IMG/VR virus record: IMGVR_UViG_3300024257_000005
Span: 41,678 to 105,677 of that record
DNA: 64,000 nt
Origin: a virus
Reading direction: 5' to 3' (one strand)
A program made the translations under genes and the position numbers. A model generated the notes under the pieces. That model did not search any database. It saw nothing but the letters and a program-made list of their open reading frames with translations, and had not been told where the DNA came from. Positions 10,975 through 22,905 of the stretch are shown in pieces. Numbering within the stretch: position 1 is the stretch's first letter; each line of letters starts with the position of its first letter.

Positions 10975-11586
10975 ATGGGCAGCCATACAATAGATAAAGT
11001 ATTCATATCACAAGAGGGAGGTGGAACAACCCAACAACCCAGAATGATGGGTGGGCTGATAACTCCTCTTGCATCGGAATCTATAATGCTTCCTACAAAA
11101 TTGACACCACATGGCGCACAAGTTGTTGCTTCAACATCTGAAGCTAATATTGAAGATGGAACAAGGTTTATTACAACAACAGTATTAAAAGCACTACCAT
11201 CAGAATCAATCAATATGTTATACGCAGTTCCATCGCCAGATAATTCAACACATATCACAGCAGAAATCTATGTGTCGGTAGGAACAGAGCTTTGGATCTA
11301 TGAAAGCCCAACTGTTTCAGCAACTGGCTCGCTATTAGAAAATGTAAATCTAAATAGAACGTCGGCAATAACAAGCTCAATGAAAATGTCTGCTGGACCA
11401 ACAGTTTCAAATAGTGGAAGTATATTATCAAATATGTACATTGGTGCAGGTACAAAAAATTCACCAATCCCAGGTAATGAAGTGTTTTCATTTATTTTTG
11501 ATTCTACAAAAACGTATTTAATGAAAGTGGTACCTGGAGCAGATAATGCAATTCTATCTCTTGGTAGTGCTTGGTGCGAGGAATAA
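10975..11586 (+). CDS. putative virion accessory protein (paralogous N-terminus)
   Basis: HTIDxxFISQExGG..PRxMGGxITP shared with previous gene. Confidence 0.6.
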   Translation: MGSHTIDKVFISQEGGGTTQQPRMMGGLITPLASESIMLPTKLTPHGAQVVASTSEANIEDGTRFITTTVLKALPSESINMLYAVPSPDNSTHITAEIYVSVGTELWIYESPTVSATGSLLENVNLNRTSAITSSMKMSAGPTVSNSGSILSNMYIGAGTKNSPIPGNEVFSFIFDSTKTYLMKVVPGADNAILSLGSAWCEE

Positions 11587-11589
11587 TCT

Positions 11590-12138
11590 ATGTGCGATAT
11601 AATGATAGTTGATGACGATAAGAGCATCCACACACTACTAGAATTACAATTGAAAAAGACTAATCTATGTGGTGGAAATTGTGAACTAGCACATGCATAT
11701 TCTGCAGAAGAAGCAATTGAATTAGTAGGGAAACTAGATCACAGACCTTTCATATTCTTTGTTGATATAAATTTACCACAGAAATCTGGACCAGAATTTG
11801 TGAAATGGTTACATGAAAAAGAAGTATTTGCATTAATATTTATAGTCACAGGATCAGATGTGACTCCAATTGAATTTGAAAAACTGATCACAGCTGGAGT
11901 TGATGGATATTTTAGAAAGCCGATTAATCAGAACTTATTAAAAACGATTGTTGGTATGACTTTAACGAAAGCCACTAAATTGGGTAGAAAACATGCTCGA
12001 ATGTTTCACGAAACCGTAGGGATGAAATTTGACAATTCTGTCCTTGACAACATTATTGAAAAATCAAAACATTTGAACATCTTATATGAAGAATTTCATT
12101 CAAGTAGACAAGGAGTTAGAGAAGATGCCACTATCTAA
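11590..12138 (+). CDS. response regulator receiver domain protein
   Basis: IMIVDDD, VDINLP, VTG, RKP. Confidence 0.85.
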   Translation: MCDIMIVDDDKSIHTLLELQLKKTNLCGGNCELAHAYSAEEAIELVGKLDHRPFIFFVDINLPQKSGPEFVKWLHEKEVFALIFIVTGSDVTPIEFEKLITAGVDGYFRKPINQNLLKTIVGMTLTKATKLGRKHARMFHETVGMKFDNSVLDNIIEKSKHLNILYEEFHSSRQGVREDATI

Positions 12139-12637
12139 AGAAGCTAGAAAAGAAGTGCAGGACATGATGGCATATGCCCTGTCTGATGCCGGTGAACAAA
12201 ATAGCAAATTTATAGAAGTTATTACAAACTATGCCACAACAAATCAGAATATACTGCATGCCATTGAAGAGAGCAATCGACAAATGGGTGAAATTAGTGG
12301 CAATGTAGCAGAAACAGCTAAAGCATTGAACAATGGATTATCAACTAAGATCGGTAATATTGACGCAAATGTTGCCATACTACATGACGATCACCATGCA
12401 GAAACTGGAGCAATTCCCGTATTAAAAGAAGAAATAAGAGATATGAAAAAGACAATGAAATCAATGTGAATTCCTTTGATTAGTGTTCTAATGACAACTC
12501 TTCTATTAGCTGGGTCAATAATTAGAACAGAAACGCCAGATACAATAGATCACCCAATAACAATTGAGCAGGTTGAAGATGCATATGAAAAAGGTGTGAT
12601 AGATGGTCACAATTTGGAGATATTAAATGATGAGTAA
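12125..12637 (+). CDS. coiled-coil membrane protein (TGA=Trp at 12467), possibly lysis-related
   Basis: Readthrough adds TM helix WIPLISVLMTTLLLAGSII and overlaps the next start. Confidence 0.6.
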
Positions 12638-12920
12638 AATATTTATAATGTTCGGTGGAAGAAAATTCCTATCTGTTATCCTTGCATCATTCTTGACATT
12701 CATGTCGGTCATATGGACATTTGGTCTAACCGAGACTGTTCCTACATATGCTCCATCTGCTAAAGATGCTAGCATTGAATATGTCATTACAGGCTACGAA
12801 TTACAAGAGCCAATTCAGGCATACTCATTCATTGGTATAATCGTACCTTCATACTTCTTGCTGATCACAGCTTATGCTGGTATCAATGCATATTCAAAAA
12901 AGAAAGACATACCTGACTAA
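12627..12920 (+). CDS. two-TM membrane protein, holin-like
   Basis: GGRKFL motif, two hydrophobic helices, charged C-terminus. Confidence 0.45.
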   Translation: MMSKIFIMFGGRKFLSVILASFLTFMSVIWTFGLTETVPTYAPSAKDASIEYVITGYELQEPIQAYSFIGIIVPSYFLLITAYAGINAYSKKKDIPD

Positions 12921-12986
12921 ATAAAAATTAATTCACCAGTCATCCCTTTATATTTAACAATGAACTTAAACATAAAGGGATAACCG

Positions 12987-13325
12987 ATGGACATGCTAGA
13001 CAAAACAATTGTTTTAGAAACATCCAATTCAAAAAACTCAACAAAAACACATGAGCAACTATTCAAACTAGAACGAAGGTTCATACGTATGATATGTGAA
13101 GAGCTTGGGATCAATAAGAAACAATTCCGAAAAATGTATAAATCTAAGAAACCACAAGACCAGGGTTTTGCTAATGAGATTAATAAGCAATTCAAGAATC
13201 TCAAAGAATCATACATGGCAGAAGCTCCAAAAGAAATTTCAGCACCAACTCCAGAACCTGAACGTATGACAATTGGCGAAGTAACTACTCAAGGTGGCGA
13301 CGCTGATGGTATTGGCATAAATTAG
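12987..13325 (+). CDS. hypothetical protein
   Basis: ORF after late-type motif. Confidence 0.6.
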   Translation: MDMLDKTIVLETSNSKNSTKTHEQLFKLERRFIRMICEELGINKKQFRKMYKSKKPQDQGFANEINKQFKNLKESYMAEAPKEISAPTPEPERMTIGEVTTQGGDADGIGIN

Positions 13326-13328
13326 GCC

Positions 13329-13357
13329 TTTACTTTATACGCTCCAAGGGTTATATT
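13329..13357 (+). promoter_or_regulatory. sigma70-type early promoter
   Basis: TTTACT-17-TATATT; repeat family member. Confidence 0.55.
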
Positions 13358-13383
13358 GAAAGGTCAACAAATAAGGAGTAGAC

Positions 13384-13887
13384 ATGCCCAAACGAAAAAT
13401 CAAAAAACCAGCAAAAATTCACCAACGCAAGGTCTATAAGGCCAGCGGTCCAACACACTTTGGAGCCTTTAGTGATCAAGGCGTCTCTCAGGAGGTGCTA
13501 TGCTCTAAGTGTAATCGAGAATATCTGAAAATAGATGTTGGAGCAACTGGAGGAATTTGCTGGAAGTGTACACAGGTTTTATGTGGACCACCGGCTGGAA
13601 TGAAAACTGGAGATTCAAAACCTACGGTACAGAGGGTTCAGGGATGGCGTTGGATGAAAGAGTGGGTTGATCCGGATGGTACGGTTTGGCACAAAGGTGT
13701 TGAACAACCCAAGCTCAAGGGAAAAAGAGAACCAACAGATCCAGAACCAATTCGACAGGCAAGGATTGAAAAGAAAAAGATTGCAGCACAAAAGAAAGAA
13801 ATAAAACTTCTCAAACATGCACAAAAGCAAAAAGAGGCACGAATTGCTGAGGCAAAGAAAAGAGAAGAATTAAAAAATAAAGGATAA
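13384..13887 (+). CDS. basic zinc-finger hypothetical protein
   Basis: CxxC..CxxC; GWRWMKEWVD. Confidence 0.65.
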   Translation: MPKRKIKKPAKIHQRKVYKASGPTHFGAFSDQGVSQEVLCSKCNREYLKIDVGATGGICWKCTQVLCGPPAGMKTGDSKPTVQRVQGWRWMKEWVDPDGTVWHKGVEQPKLKGKREPTDPEPIRQARIEKKKIAAQKKEIKLLKHAQKQKEARIAEAKKREELKNKG

Positions 13888-13892
13888 AGATT

Positions 13893-14264
13893 ATGGGAAC
13901 CGAAAAATCAGATAAAAAGCAGTGAAGCGATCTTGAAATTGTAGAAATGCTCGAAGAAAAATTCCCAGGAATGACTGGCGAATTTAAAGATATTCTTAAA
14001 GAGCAGTATCTTACATTTTGTCTAAAGCAATGGGATTACGGTCCCTCAAATATTGCTGTCGGAACCAACCTTGAAACACCTGAAGAGGTGAAGATGTCAT
14101 GGATGGGATTGTGGTTCAGGATTAATGATAAGGTTCAGCGGCTCAAGAATATTCTATTCAACGATAAGACGGCAGCAAATGAACCAATGATTGATGCATT
14201 TATGGATATGTCAGTCTATGGAATAATAGCACAAATTGTCGATAGGGGCAAGTGGGGTAAATAG
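13893..14264 (+). CDS. DUF1599/Nmad1-like nucleotide-modification-associated protein (TGA=Trp at 13923)
   Basis: KQWDYGPSNI, RINDKVQRL, DMSVYG; upstream in-frame ATG. Confidence 0.7.
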
Positions 14265-15359
14265 ATGAGATATGTTCTTAAGAAAACCTACACATTTGAT
14301 GACGTATCAATTCAGCCAGAATTTTCTACTATTTCATCTAGATCAAATTGCAATGTAGAGACAAAGCTATCTCGTAATTTTAAAATGAGAATTCCAATCA
14401 TTGCAACCCCGATGGACACTATCACTGAAACTGAAATGGGTGTTCAGATGGACTATCTTGGAGGGTTGGGAATAATTCATCGGTTTATGTCTATTGAAGA
14501 GCAATGCAAGATGGTGACATGGATTAATCACGATGGGCACGTTGGAATAGGAAATACTTTTCAGAAACCATATCTTCCTGAGAATGTATTGCCAAAAGTT
14601 ATTGGAGCTGCAATTGGTGTAAACAATATCGAAAGAGCCAGAGCATTACTCAAAGCAGGAGCTAATCTTTTAATGATTGATGTAGCCCATGCAGATCATC
14701 AGCTTGTTCTTGATATGATTGAACTATTGGTTAAGCTAAAAGATGAATATGATTTTGACATCTTGGCAGGAACAATTGCTACATCCGGAGCAGCTAAAAG
14801 ACTTATTAAAGCAGGTGTAGATGGATTGGTTGTTGGAGTAGGTGGTGGCTCATTATGTGAAACACGAATTAGAGCAGGTGTAGGAATACCAATGATCACA
14901 TCAATTTCAGATGTGGCAGACGCTATCGAATTTATGGATCCAGAAGTTTCACTAATTGCAACAGGAGGCATGAGAACTCCAGGTGACGTTGCAAAAGCTA
15001 TAGCAGCTGGAGCAGACTGTGTTATGTTAGGATCAATGCTAGCAGGCACAAGAGAGACTCCGGGAGCTATTCATAAAAGTGGTACCTATGGGAAGGACGT
15101 TCTTTTCAAATCCTATAGAGGATCGGCTTCACCTGATTCAAAAAGAGATCGTGGTGAGACAAAGAATGTAGAAGGAAATTCTACTACTATTCCATATAGA
15201 GGAAGCGTGGTTAGAATAGTAAACGAAATTATAGAAGGACTACAATCGTCTATGAGCTATGTTGGTACTGACAGCATGGGAGACTTTAAAGCACAGGCAA
15301 TATTAGTTGAAATATCACAATCAGGAGTGATGGAGGCAAAACCACACTTACTGCATTAA
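14265..15359 (+). CDS. guaB: IMP dehydrogenase / GMP reductase family, no CBS domains
   Basis: TFDDV, PMDTITE, IDVAH, GVGGGSLCETR, MLGSMLAGT. Confidence 0.85.
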   Translation: MRYVLKKTYTFDDVSIQPEFSTISSRSNCNVETKLSRNFKMRIPIIATPMDTITETEMGVQMDYLGGLGIIHRFMSIEEQCKMVTWINHDGHVGIGNTFQKPYLPENVLPKVIGAAIGVNNIERARALLKAGANLLMIDVAHADHQLVLDMIELLVKLKDEYDFDILAGTIATSGAAKRLIKAGVDGLVVGVGGGSLCETRIRAGVGIPMITSISDVADAIEFMDPEVSLIATGGMRTPGDVAKAIAAGADCVMLGSMLAGTRETPGAIHKSGTYGKDVLFKSYRGSASPDSKRDRGETKNVEGNSTTIPYRGSVVRIVNEIIEGLQSSMSYVGTDSMGDFKAQAILVEISQSGVMEAKPHLLH

Positions 15360-15368
15360 GAGGTTATC

Positions 15369-15902
15369 ATGTTAGATAAAAAATTCTGGTTAGATCTAGA
15401 ATGGAGATTTGACTACAAGACACCAATACCAGATCTAATGGCACAAATTCAAAAAGACGTCGATGAATCAATCGAAAATGGCTACGACGATATCCAATTT
15501 TGGCTAGGTTCTGATTCTCAAGTGTACCCAAAGAAGGGTAAAATCAAGTACGTAGTTGCTATTGTAATGTATAGAGTTTCTCAAGGTGCTAGAATTTACT
15601 TTGCAAATAAAGAAACTGACATTCCAAGGGGTTTGAAAAAACAACCACTTGCTCGTGTTAGACTTTGGAATGAAGTTTACTGGAGCGTGATGGTTTCAGA
15701 TGTATTCGAACCTAAGTTAATGGAATTGGGATATCTTGTTGATGAAGTACATGCTGATGTCAATGAAGATAAAAGATTCTTATCGAATGAAGTAATGGCA
15801 GCTGTTTTAGGGTACATTACATCTAAGGGCTATGTAGGAAAAGCAAAGCCAGATGCATATAGTGCTTCAAAAGCTGCTGATAGAAGACTGAAGAAGAGAT
15901 AA
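15369..15902 (+). CDS. YkuK/DUF458 RNase H-like protein
   Basis: GSDSQ, RLWNEV, HADVN, KPDAYSASKAAD. Confidence 0.8.
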   Translation: MLDKKFWLDLEWRFDYKTPIPDLMAQIQKDVDESIENGYDDIQFWLGSDSQVYPKKGKIKYVVAIVMYRVSQGARIYFANKETDIPRGLKKQPLARVRLWNEVYWSVMVSDVFEPKLMELGYLVDEVHADVNEDKRFLSNEVMAAVLGYITSKGYVGKAKPDAYSASKAADRRLKKR

Positions 15903-15957
15903 TAAAAATAAATTTCTAAGATTTTAATGAATATTTAAATTAAACAAGGAGAATAAG

Positions 15958-16182
15958 ATGCAAGAAGTTATGGTAGTGTTTTTAGTAGAAAACGAAGACA
16001 ATCAGGGCAATATCAAGATCAAGAAAACACGTGAAAATGTTCTGGTTCCAAAAGCTCTTTCACCTGAGTATGCAATCAAACGAGTTGCAGAATGGCTAAA
16101 AGATTCACCAACAAAATGGGAAATCAAGCAGGTCAAAGAGTCAAATCTAAAAGTTGTATTAACTGAGGATGGCGAGCTGTAA
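15958..16182 (+). CDS. hypothetical protein
   Basis: SD AAGGAG. Confidence 0.65.
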   Translation: MQEVMVVFLVENEDNQGNIKIKKTRENVLVPKALSPEYAIKRVAEWLKDSPTKWEIKQVKESNLKVVLTEDGEL

Positions 16183-16183
16183 A

Positions 16184-16405
16184 ATGTCATTAATAGTAAA
16201 ATATGACGACGATACATATTGCGAACATTGTGGCGAGAACCATGAATATTTTGGCATCTCAGTTTTACACGAGGGAACGTTCTGGTGTGTTACTTGTGCA
16301 GAAGGTGTTGTTCCCCTTTCCAAAGTTCAGGTAAAAGAATTTGAATTAAAAGAATTGAAAGAGAGAAAGAAATGGTTGGAGAAGGAACTGAAAAAGTTAG
16401 GATAG
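16184..16405 (+). CDS. small zinc-binding hypothetical protein
   Basis: CEHC..CVTC. Confidence 0.55.
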   Translation: MSLIVKYDDDTYCEHCGENHEYFGISVLHEGTFWCVTCAEGVVPLSKVQVKEFELKELKERKKWLEKELKKLG

Positions 16406-16623
16406 ATCTCGTCTCTACTCAAGCAGGCGATTGGGTCGTAGTTTATCTTGACGGGAAAAAGGAAGGATATGAAGGGCATTCAGTACCAACAGATGAATTT
16501 ATTCGATTGCACGAAGAATATCCTCATTCAATAATTAATACACATGAATGCAGCGATGCTGCAGAAAAGGAAGCTTATAGCTCTGGCACATTACCAGAGA
16601 CTCTATCGGAGGCATTGAAATAG
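16372..16623 (+). CDS. hypothetical protein
   Basis: ORF in operon. Confidence 0.5.
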   Translation: MVGEGTEKVRIDLVSTQAGDWVVVYLDGKKEGYEGHSVPTDEFIRLHEEYPHSIINTHECSDAAEKEAYSSGTLPETLSEALK

Positions 16624-16626
16624 AAA

Positions 16627-17292
16627 ATGGATAAAAATTTAAAATACGCTTTTCTCATACCAATTGGGAATAGCATTTCGGGCAAGCTGATACCCCAACT
16701 TCTACAACTACACAATCTTGCTAAAAGAGTGGGTGCTAGGATATATACCATTCCAAACAGGATCCATGTAGATGCCCGAAATGCTCTAGCAACTAAAGGC
16801 GGAGGATTTGTTAATCCCACCAAGCTGATCAAAGATACTGAATGGCTAGTTTGGTTTGATGCCGATCAAGCATATACGATGAGTAATGTGAAACGACTTC
16901 TTGAGTATGATGAAGAAGAAAAATTTATTAGTGGCTGGTACATCAAAGACGTTGCAGGTCAGAGAAATCCACAAGCGATGGTAGCAAGGTGGGACGAAGA
17001 GCATTTTAAGAAACATGGATCGATGGAATTTCTAAATGAGAAGGAAATCATGGAATCAAAAGAGCCAATCAGGGTAGACTATGTTGGCTTTGGTTTCTGC
17101 AGGATCCATTCATCGGTATTTGAGAAAATGGAATATCCATATTTTAGACATCATGTTACAAAAATCGGAGACTATCGGGATAATTCAAGTGAAGATGTGT
17201 CATTCTGTTTAGATGCATCTGAGTTAGCCGGTGTAAAACCATTGGTCATTCCTGAATTACGAATTGGACATCTTAAGGAGATTATTATATAA
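16627..17292 (+). CDS. GT-A fold glycosyltransferase
   Basis: WFDAD, GFGFC, SEDVSFC, GHLK. Confidence 0.75.
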   Translation: MDKNLKYAFLIPIGNSISGKLIPQLLQLHNLAKRVGARIYTIPNRIHVDARNALATKGGGFVNPTKLIKDTEWLVWFDADQAYTMSNVKRLLEYDEEEKFISGWYIKDVAGQRNPQAMVARWDEEHFKKHGSMEFLNEKEIMESKEPIRVDYVGFGFCRIHSSVFEKMEYPYFRHHVTKIGDYRDNSSEDVSFCLDASELAGVKPLVIPELRIGHLKEIII

Positions 17293-17633
17293 TGACAAAC
17301 GAAATATCAGTTAGAGATAGTGAAAAATTATTAAAGCGCTTTGAAGTTCCTCATGAAATATACCTTTACATTAAACAGCTTGAAGGGTATATTAAGCGAC
17401 CAACACAATCGAAGCTGCTTGAAAATTATCCAGAAAGATTTAAGATTGTCAACAGAGAGGGAGATGAAATGAAAATTAAAAATTGGGCACCAGACGGAAG
17501 TGGATATTCTATCTCAACAGAGAACGTTTTGACATGTTCACGAAAACTGCTTGACGAATTATATCATTCAGATCAAATCACCGAACAGCGATATCAAGAA
17601 ATTTTAATAGAAAGAAAAGCTAAGGAGGCCTAA
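17292..17633 (+). CDS. hypothetical protein
   Basis: TAATG coupling. Confidence 0.6.
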   Translation: MTNEISVRDSEKLLKRFEVPHEIYLYIKQLEGYIKRPTQSKLLENYPERFKIVNREGDEMKIKNWAPDGSGYSISTENVLTCSRKLLDELYHSDQITEQRYQEILIERKAKEA

Positions 17634-17634
17634 C

Positions 17635-18450
17635 ATGGCTGGAGAATCAACACAATTTGCATGGGGAACGAATTCTCATGATACATCATTTACTTCCTTT
17701 GGAACTGGAGGTGTTTTTATTGATAGTACAACAGCAGCAGGATGGGCTGATGGAGTTACAATAAATGGATCTATCTCAGCTGGCAATACAACAATGGATG
17801 TTGTGAAGAAAAAAGGAACACCTATTCGATTTGCTTTTGGACTGGTCAAAAAGAATCTAACATTTCTTGAACATCGAAGAATTAAAGCAAGGCTCAAGAG
17901 AGCTGAAGCAATGGTAAATAAGGCTGCAGAGACAGGTCAGGTAGCATTATCAGAACAAGCATTCACAGCATGGGAAGTACTATTAAAGGAAACTCAAATC
18001 TATGGTGCTAACTTCAAATATTTCATTGACGAACCATTACTGGACAAATTCATTGCATCTACTGATCCTAATAAGAATCGAAGGAATGCTGAAATTCATG
18101 TGACACCGGTCGCAGAGTTCACACGTCTTATTCCTGCAGGACCACAGAAGAAATTGGATAAAGCTCGTAAACTAGAATTATTCGACGAAATAGTTGTAGT
18201 TCATCATGACCCAGAATTAAACAGTGTATCTGAAAAGGAAAAGAAAAAGATCAAACGTGAAAAAGATCCAATTCTTTTTGGCAAGATTAATAACTGCAAT
18301 AGACTATATTTCATAGATGATTGGGAAGATGAATATTGTGATCTAACATTTGATGACATTGTTGATCGTCTTGATTTAGAAGAAGAAGGTATCGTATTAA
18401 CTAAAGACCCAAAATTCAATCTACCTGGGATTCTTAAGGAGGATGATTAA
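17635..18450 (+). CDS. hypothetical protein
   Basis: SD AAGGAGG; KDPILFG..YFIDDWEDEYCDLT. Confidence 0.7.
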   Translation: MAGESTQFAWGTNSHDTSFTSFGTGGVFIDSTTAAGWADGVTINGSISAGNTTMDVVKKKGTPIRFAFGLVKKNLTFLEHRRIKARLKRAEAMVNKAAETGQVALSEQAFTAWEVLLKETQIYGANFKYFIDEPLLDKFIASTDPNKNRRNAEIHVTPVAEFTRLIPAGPQKKLDKARKLELFDEIVVVHHDPELNSVSEKEKKKIKREKDPILFGKINNCNRLYFIDDWEDEYCDLTFDDIVDRLDLEEEGIVLTKDPKFNLPGILKEDD

Positions 18451-18869
18451 TGTTTACGCTATTGAATTTGTCTGTCGTATTTGGAGTTCTATTTCTTGGA
18501 GCAGTATTTCTTTTGCTCCATGGATTATTCGAGCGAACTGCAGGTTTGGAACGTCGTGTTGAAGTATATGAATACAATGTGAGTGCAGAAAAGACGCTTC
18601 TCGGGTGGGTTCCATTTGGGTATCAAACATATAATTATGGTAGTGCCGTGCCAAATAATATACGCTATAATTGGCAAGAGTTTAGAAGAGCTGATATTCA
18701 AGATGAAACACCTGAGCGGATAAAAATCAAACACCATTGGTACTCAAAATCAGAAGTGGTCTATGTTGATAGAAGCGATCCATATGAGCATAAGAAAGTA
18801 GAAATTGAAAACTATCTTCATTTCAAAAATAATCAAGGCACTATTGTATTGGAGCTTGAAAGGAAATAA
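18450..18869 (+). CDS. membrane-anchored hypothetical protein
   Basis: N-terminal TM helix. Confidence 0.6.
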   Translation: MFTLLNLSVVFGVLFLGAVFLLLHGLFERTAGLERRVEVYEYNVSAEKTLLGWVPFGYQTYNYGSAVPNNIRYNWQEFRRADIQDETPERIKIKHHWYSKSEVVYVDRSDPYEHKKVEIENYLHFKNNQGTIVLELERK

Positions 18870-18870
18870 T

Positions 18871-19188
18871 ATGAGCGAACAACATGCAATATCAGGTAGC
18901 ATAACATTTAGCGATGATCAAGTCAAGCGAATGAAAGAAGCTAAAGAGCAGGTTCGCCAAAACCAACAGGGTTCAGCAAGATTTTCATTCGATGGTTCTA
19001 AACGCTTTGTAAATGATATGCTGTACCATGTGCACCTCTGGGATCATATTGAAATTAAGATAGAAAGTAGATCAGATTCTTGGAGACGTTCAAGTATAAT
19101 TGGAACTGTCACAGGAAGACAGAGTGTTGTTGATGAGTTCGTTGAGCGATTTGATAATGCAGTAGGGAATTTAAATAATGGACTATAG
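18871..19188 (+). CDS. hypothetical protein
   Basis: ORF in operon. Confidence 0.6.
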   Translation: MSEQHAISGSITFSDDQVKRMKEAKEQVRQNQQGSARFSFDGSKRFVNDMLYHVHLWDHIEIKIESRSDSWRRSSIIGTVTGRQSVVDEFVERFDNAVGNLNNGL

Positions 19189-19654
19189 AATATATCTAGC
19201 AGGGCAAATGGCTCCAGACAGAAGGACTGTCGAGTGGAGAAAACTATTTACAAAAGGTGTTTCAGATTGTTCAAACGTTGTTATATTGGATCCTAGTTTG
19301 AATGAAGCATTTAAGCAGACTCTTACAGGAGAAGAGGCGTTGATGTCTGTGTACAAATCAGATGTTGGTAAGCTTATTGTTAGTAAGGATCGAGCCATGG
19401 TTAAAGAGGCAAATGTTCTCATTGCAGATCTCAACAAGTATGATGATGAGAAGATTGTCCTTGGAACACTATTTGAATTAGCATGGGCCTATGATGATCC
19501 AGCAACAACGGTTATTGTCATAGGAGATGAATTGGCAGGCACAATGTTATTTCACCCATTTGTAATATCAACAGCTGATATTATTGTAAAAACAACAGAA
19601 GAAGCAATCGCACTTGTCAGATGGATGGCAGGTTCAGAAGTAAAGGAATATTAG
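19178..19654 (+). CDS. nucleoside 2-deoxyribosyltransferase-like protein
   Basis: IYLAG, GTLFELAWA, HPF. Confidence 0.75.
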   Translation: MDYRIYLAGQMAPDRRTVEWRKLFTKGVSDCSNVVILDPSLNEAFKQTLTGEEALMSVYKSDVGKLIVSKDRAMVKEANVLIADLNKYDDEKIVLGTLFELAWAYDDPATTVIVIGDELAGTMLFHPFVISTADIIVKTTEEAIALVRWMAGSEVKEY

Positions 19655-19655
19655 A

Positions 19656-19877
19656 ATGACAATAGAAGTAACAGAACCAACAATGTTAAAATTCTGGAAC
19701 CCGGAAGATGTAACGAATACTTTCGTATTCAGATCTGGATGGAACCAGTCGTATAATGTAGTAATTGAATACGGTGACAGAGATGAATTCAAACATCACT
19801 TGGTAACTCTTGAAGAGCTTAAAGATCTCATCGGCTATCAAAATCAACAAAAGGTTCGAGATACACTAGGAGGATAA
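19656..19877 (+). CDS. hypothetical protein
   Basis: ORF in operon. Confidence 0.55.
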   Translation: MTIEVTEPTMLKFWNPEDVTNTFVFRSGWNQSYNVVIEYGDRDEFKHHLVTLEELKDLIGYQNQQKVRDTLGG

Positions 19878-19878
19878 T

Positions 19879-20073
19879 ATGGAAACAACAAGAAATTTTG
19901 GTAGAAAACTATTGACTGGAATATTTGGATTAGGGTGCGTATCTATGTCTCCTTTATTTATAACTGCATATCCTTTCATAGCTTCGCTAGCATGGATAAC
20001 TGGTGTCAGCATAATAACATATATAGTAGTATTCTGGGCTTCAAGCATAAGAGGGGAGCATTATGAGTTTTAA
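19879..20073 (+). CDS. small membrane protein
   Basis: SD GGAGG; two hydrophobic stretches. Confidence 0.55.
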   Translation: METTRNFGRKLLTGIFGLGCVSMSPLFITAYPFIASLAWITGVSIITYIVVFWASSIRGEHYEF

Positions 20074-21091
20074 AAAATATTCAAGCATCGATAATGCATA
20101 CAGAGAAAAGACTGTAAACTACTACATTATGCAAGGTCATACTCAAGGAATATGGAGAGGCCGTGAGAAAATTCATGGTGCTAATTTCCAGTTTGCATAT
20201 AATGGCGGTGAAGTGAAAATTGGAAAGCGATCAGCATACTTAAAGCCAATTGAACACATTGGATTCTTTAGATCAGATGTCATTTACGACCGCTATATTA
20301 ATTCAATTCACATCCTTGCAGCATCTCTAGAAATGTCAGTTCCGGATGGAACACCTCTAGAGTTTACTATTTATGGAGAGCTCTATGGTGGTGTTTATCC
20401 TCATCCCGATGTTGAAAAAGATCCAGAAGGTAAACAGGTTCAGAAGGGAATCTACTATGCACCTGGGAATCATTTTGCTGCATTTGATATGAAGCTAAAT
20501 GGTGAATTTGTTCCTGACGGCAGCTTTGAGGCTTTAATGGCTCTCATTGGAATGCCCGTTGCACCTATTCTTGTTGAAGGAACATTTGAAGAAGTGATGG
20601 CTTATACTAATGAAGGTCAATCAATTGTTGGTGTGAGATTACATGGTCTTCCTCCTATTGAGAATAATGTAATGGAAGGACTAGTAATAAAGCCCATAAT
20701 CCCACAGTATCTGAATGATGGCTCAAGGGTGATTCTTAAAAACAAGAATGAAAAATGGTCTGAAAAATCTAATAAGACTCGTGTTCCCAAGGCTGAAATA
20801 AAAATGACTTCAGAACAAAAAGATGTTTATTTATTACTATCAAACAGAGTTACCGAGAATAGACTTCGTAATGTCATTTCACATTTTGGCAATGTGACAA
20901 ACAAGGACTTCGGAAAACTTCTTGCATTAATGACTCAGGATATTATTACTGAGCACACTAAAGAAGATGAAGTTCTGCTTGCCTCAATGGAAGACAAGAA
21001 GGAACGTAAGCTATTAACTAAAATGCTTAATGGAGATATTGCAACTATGGTTCGCAAGAATTTCTTAAACATAATTGACGGAGAATTTTAA
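20063..21091 (+). CDS. rnl2: RNA ligase 2 (T4 Rnl2 family)
   Basis: FKKYSSI, EKIHGANF, GELYGG, EGLVIKP, KNKNEKWSE. Confidence 0.9.
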   Translation: MSFKKYSSIDNAYREKTVNYYIMQGHTQGIWRGREKIHGANFQFAYNGGEVKIGKRSAYLKPIEHIGFFRSDVIYDRYINSIHILAASLEMSVPDGTPLEFTIYGELYGGVYPHPDVEKDPEGKQVQKGIYYAPGNHFAAFDMKLNGEFVPDGSFEALMALIGMPVAPILVEGTFEEVMAYTNEGQSIVGVRLHGLPPIENNVMEGLVIKPIIPQYLNDGSRVILKNKNEKWSEKSNKTRVPKAEIKMTSEQKDVYLLLSNRVTENRLRNVISHFGNVTNKDFGKLLALMTQDIITEHTKEDEVLLASMEDKKERKLLTKMLNGDIATMVRKNFLNIIDGEF

Positions 21092-21255
21092 TGGCTCCAG
21101 AATTTATTGCATGGCTACTATTAAATGTAGGAATATTATTAGCATGGTTTGTATTTCTATTACTGCTTAAATGGTTGGCTGAGTACTGGATCACAAAACA
21201 GTATCCACATCTCAAAAAGAAGAAAAGTGTTGTGGATGAATATAAAAATAAATAG
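21091..21255 (+). CDS. small membrane protein
   Basis: TAATG coupled; TM helix plus basic tail. Confidence 0.55.
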   Translation: MAPEFIAWLLLNVGILLAWFVFLLLLKWLAEYWITKQYPHLKKKKSVVDEYKNK

Positions 21256-22905
<1,650 letters not shown>

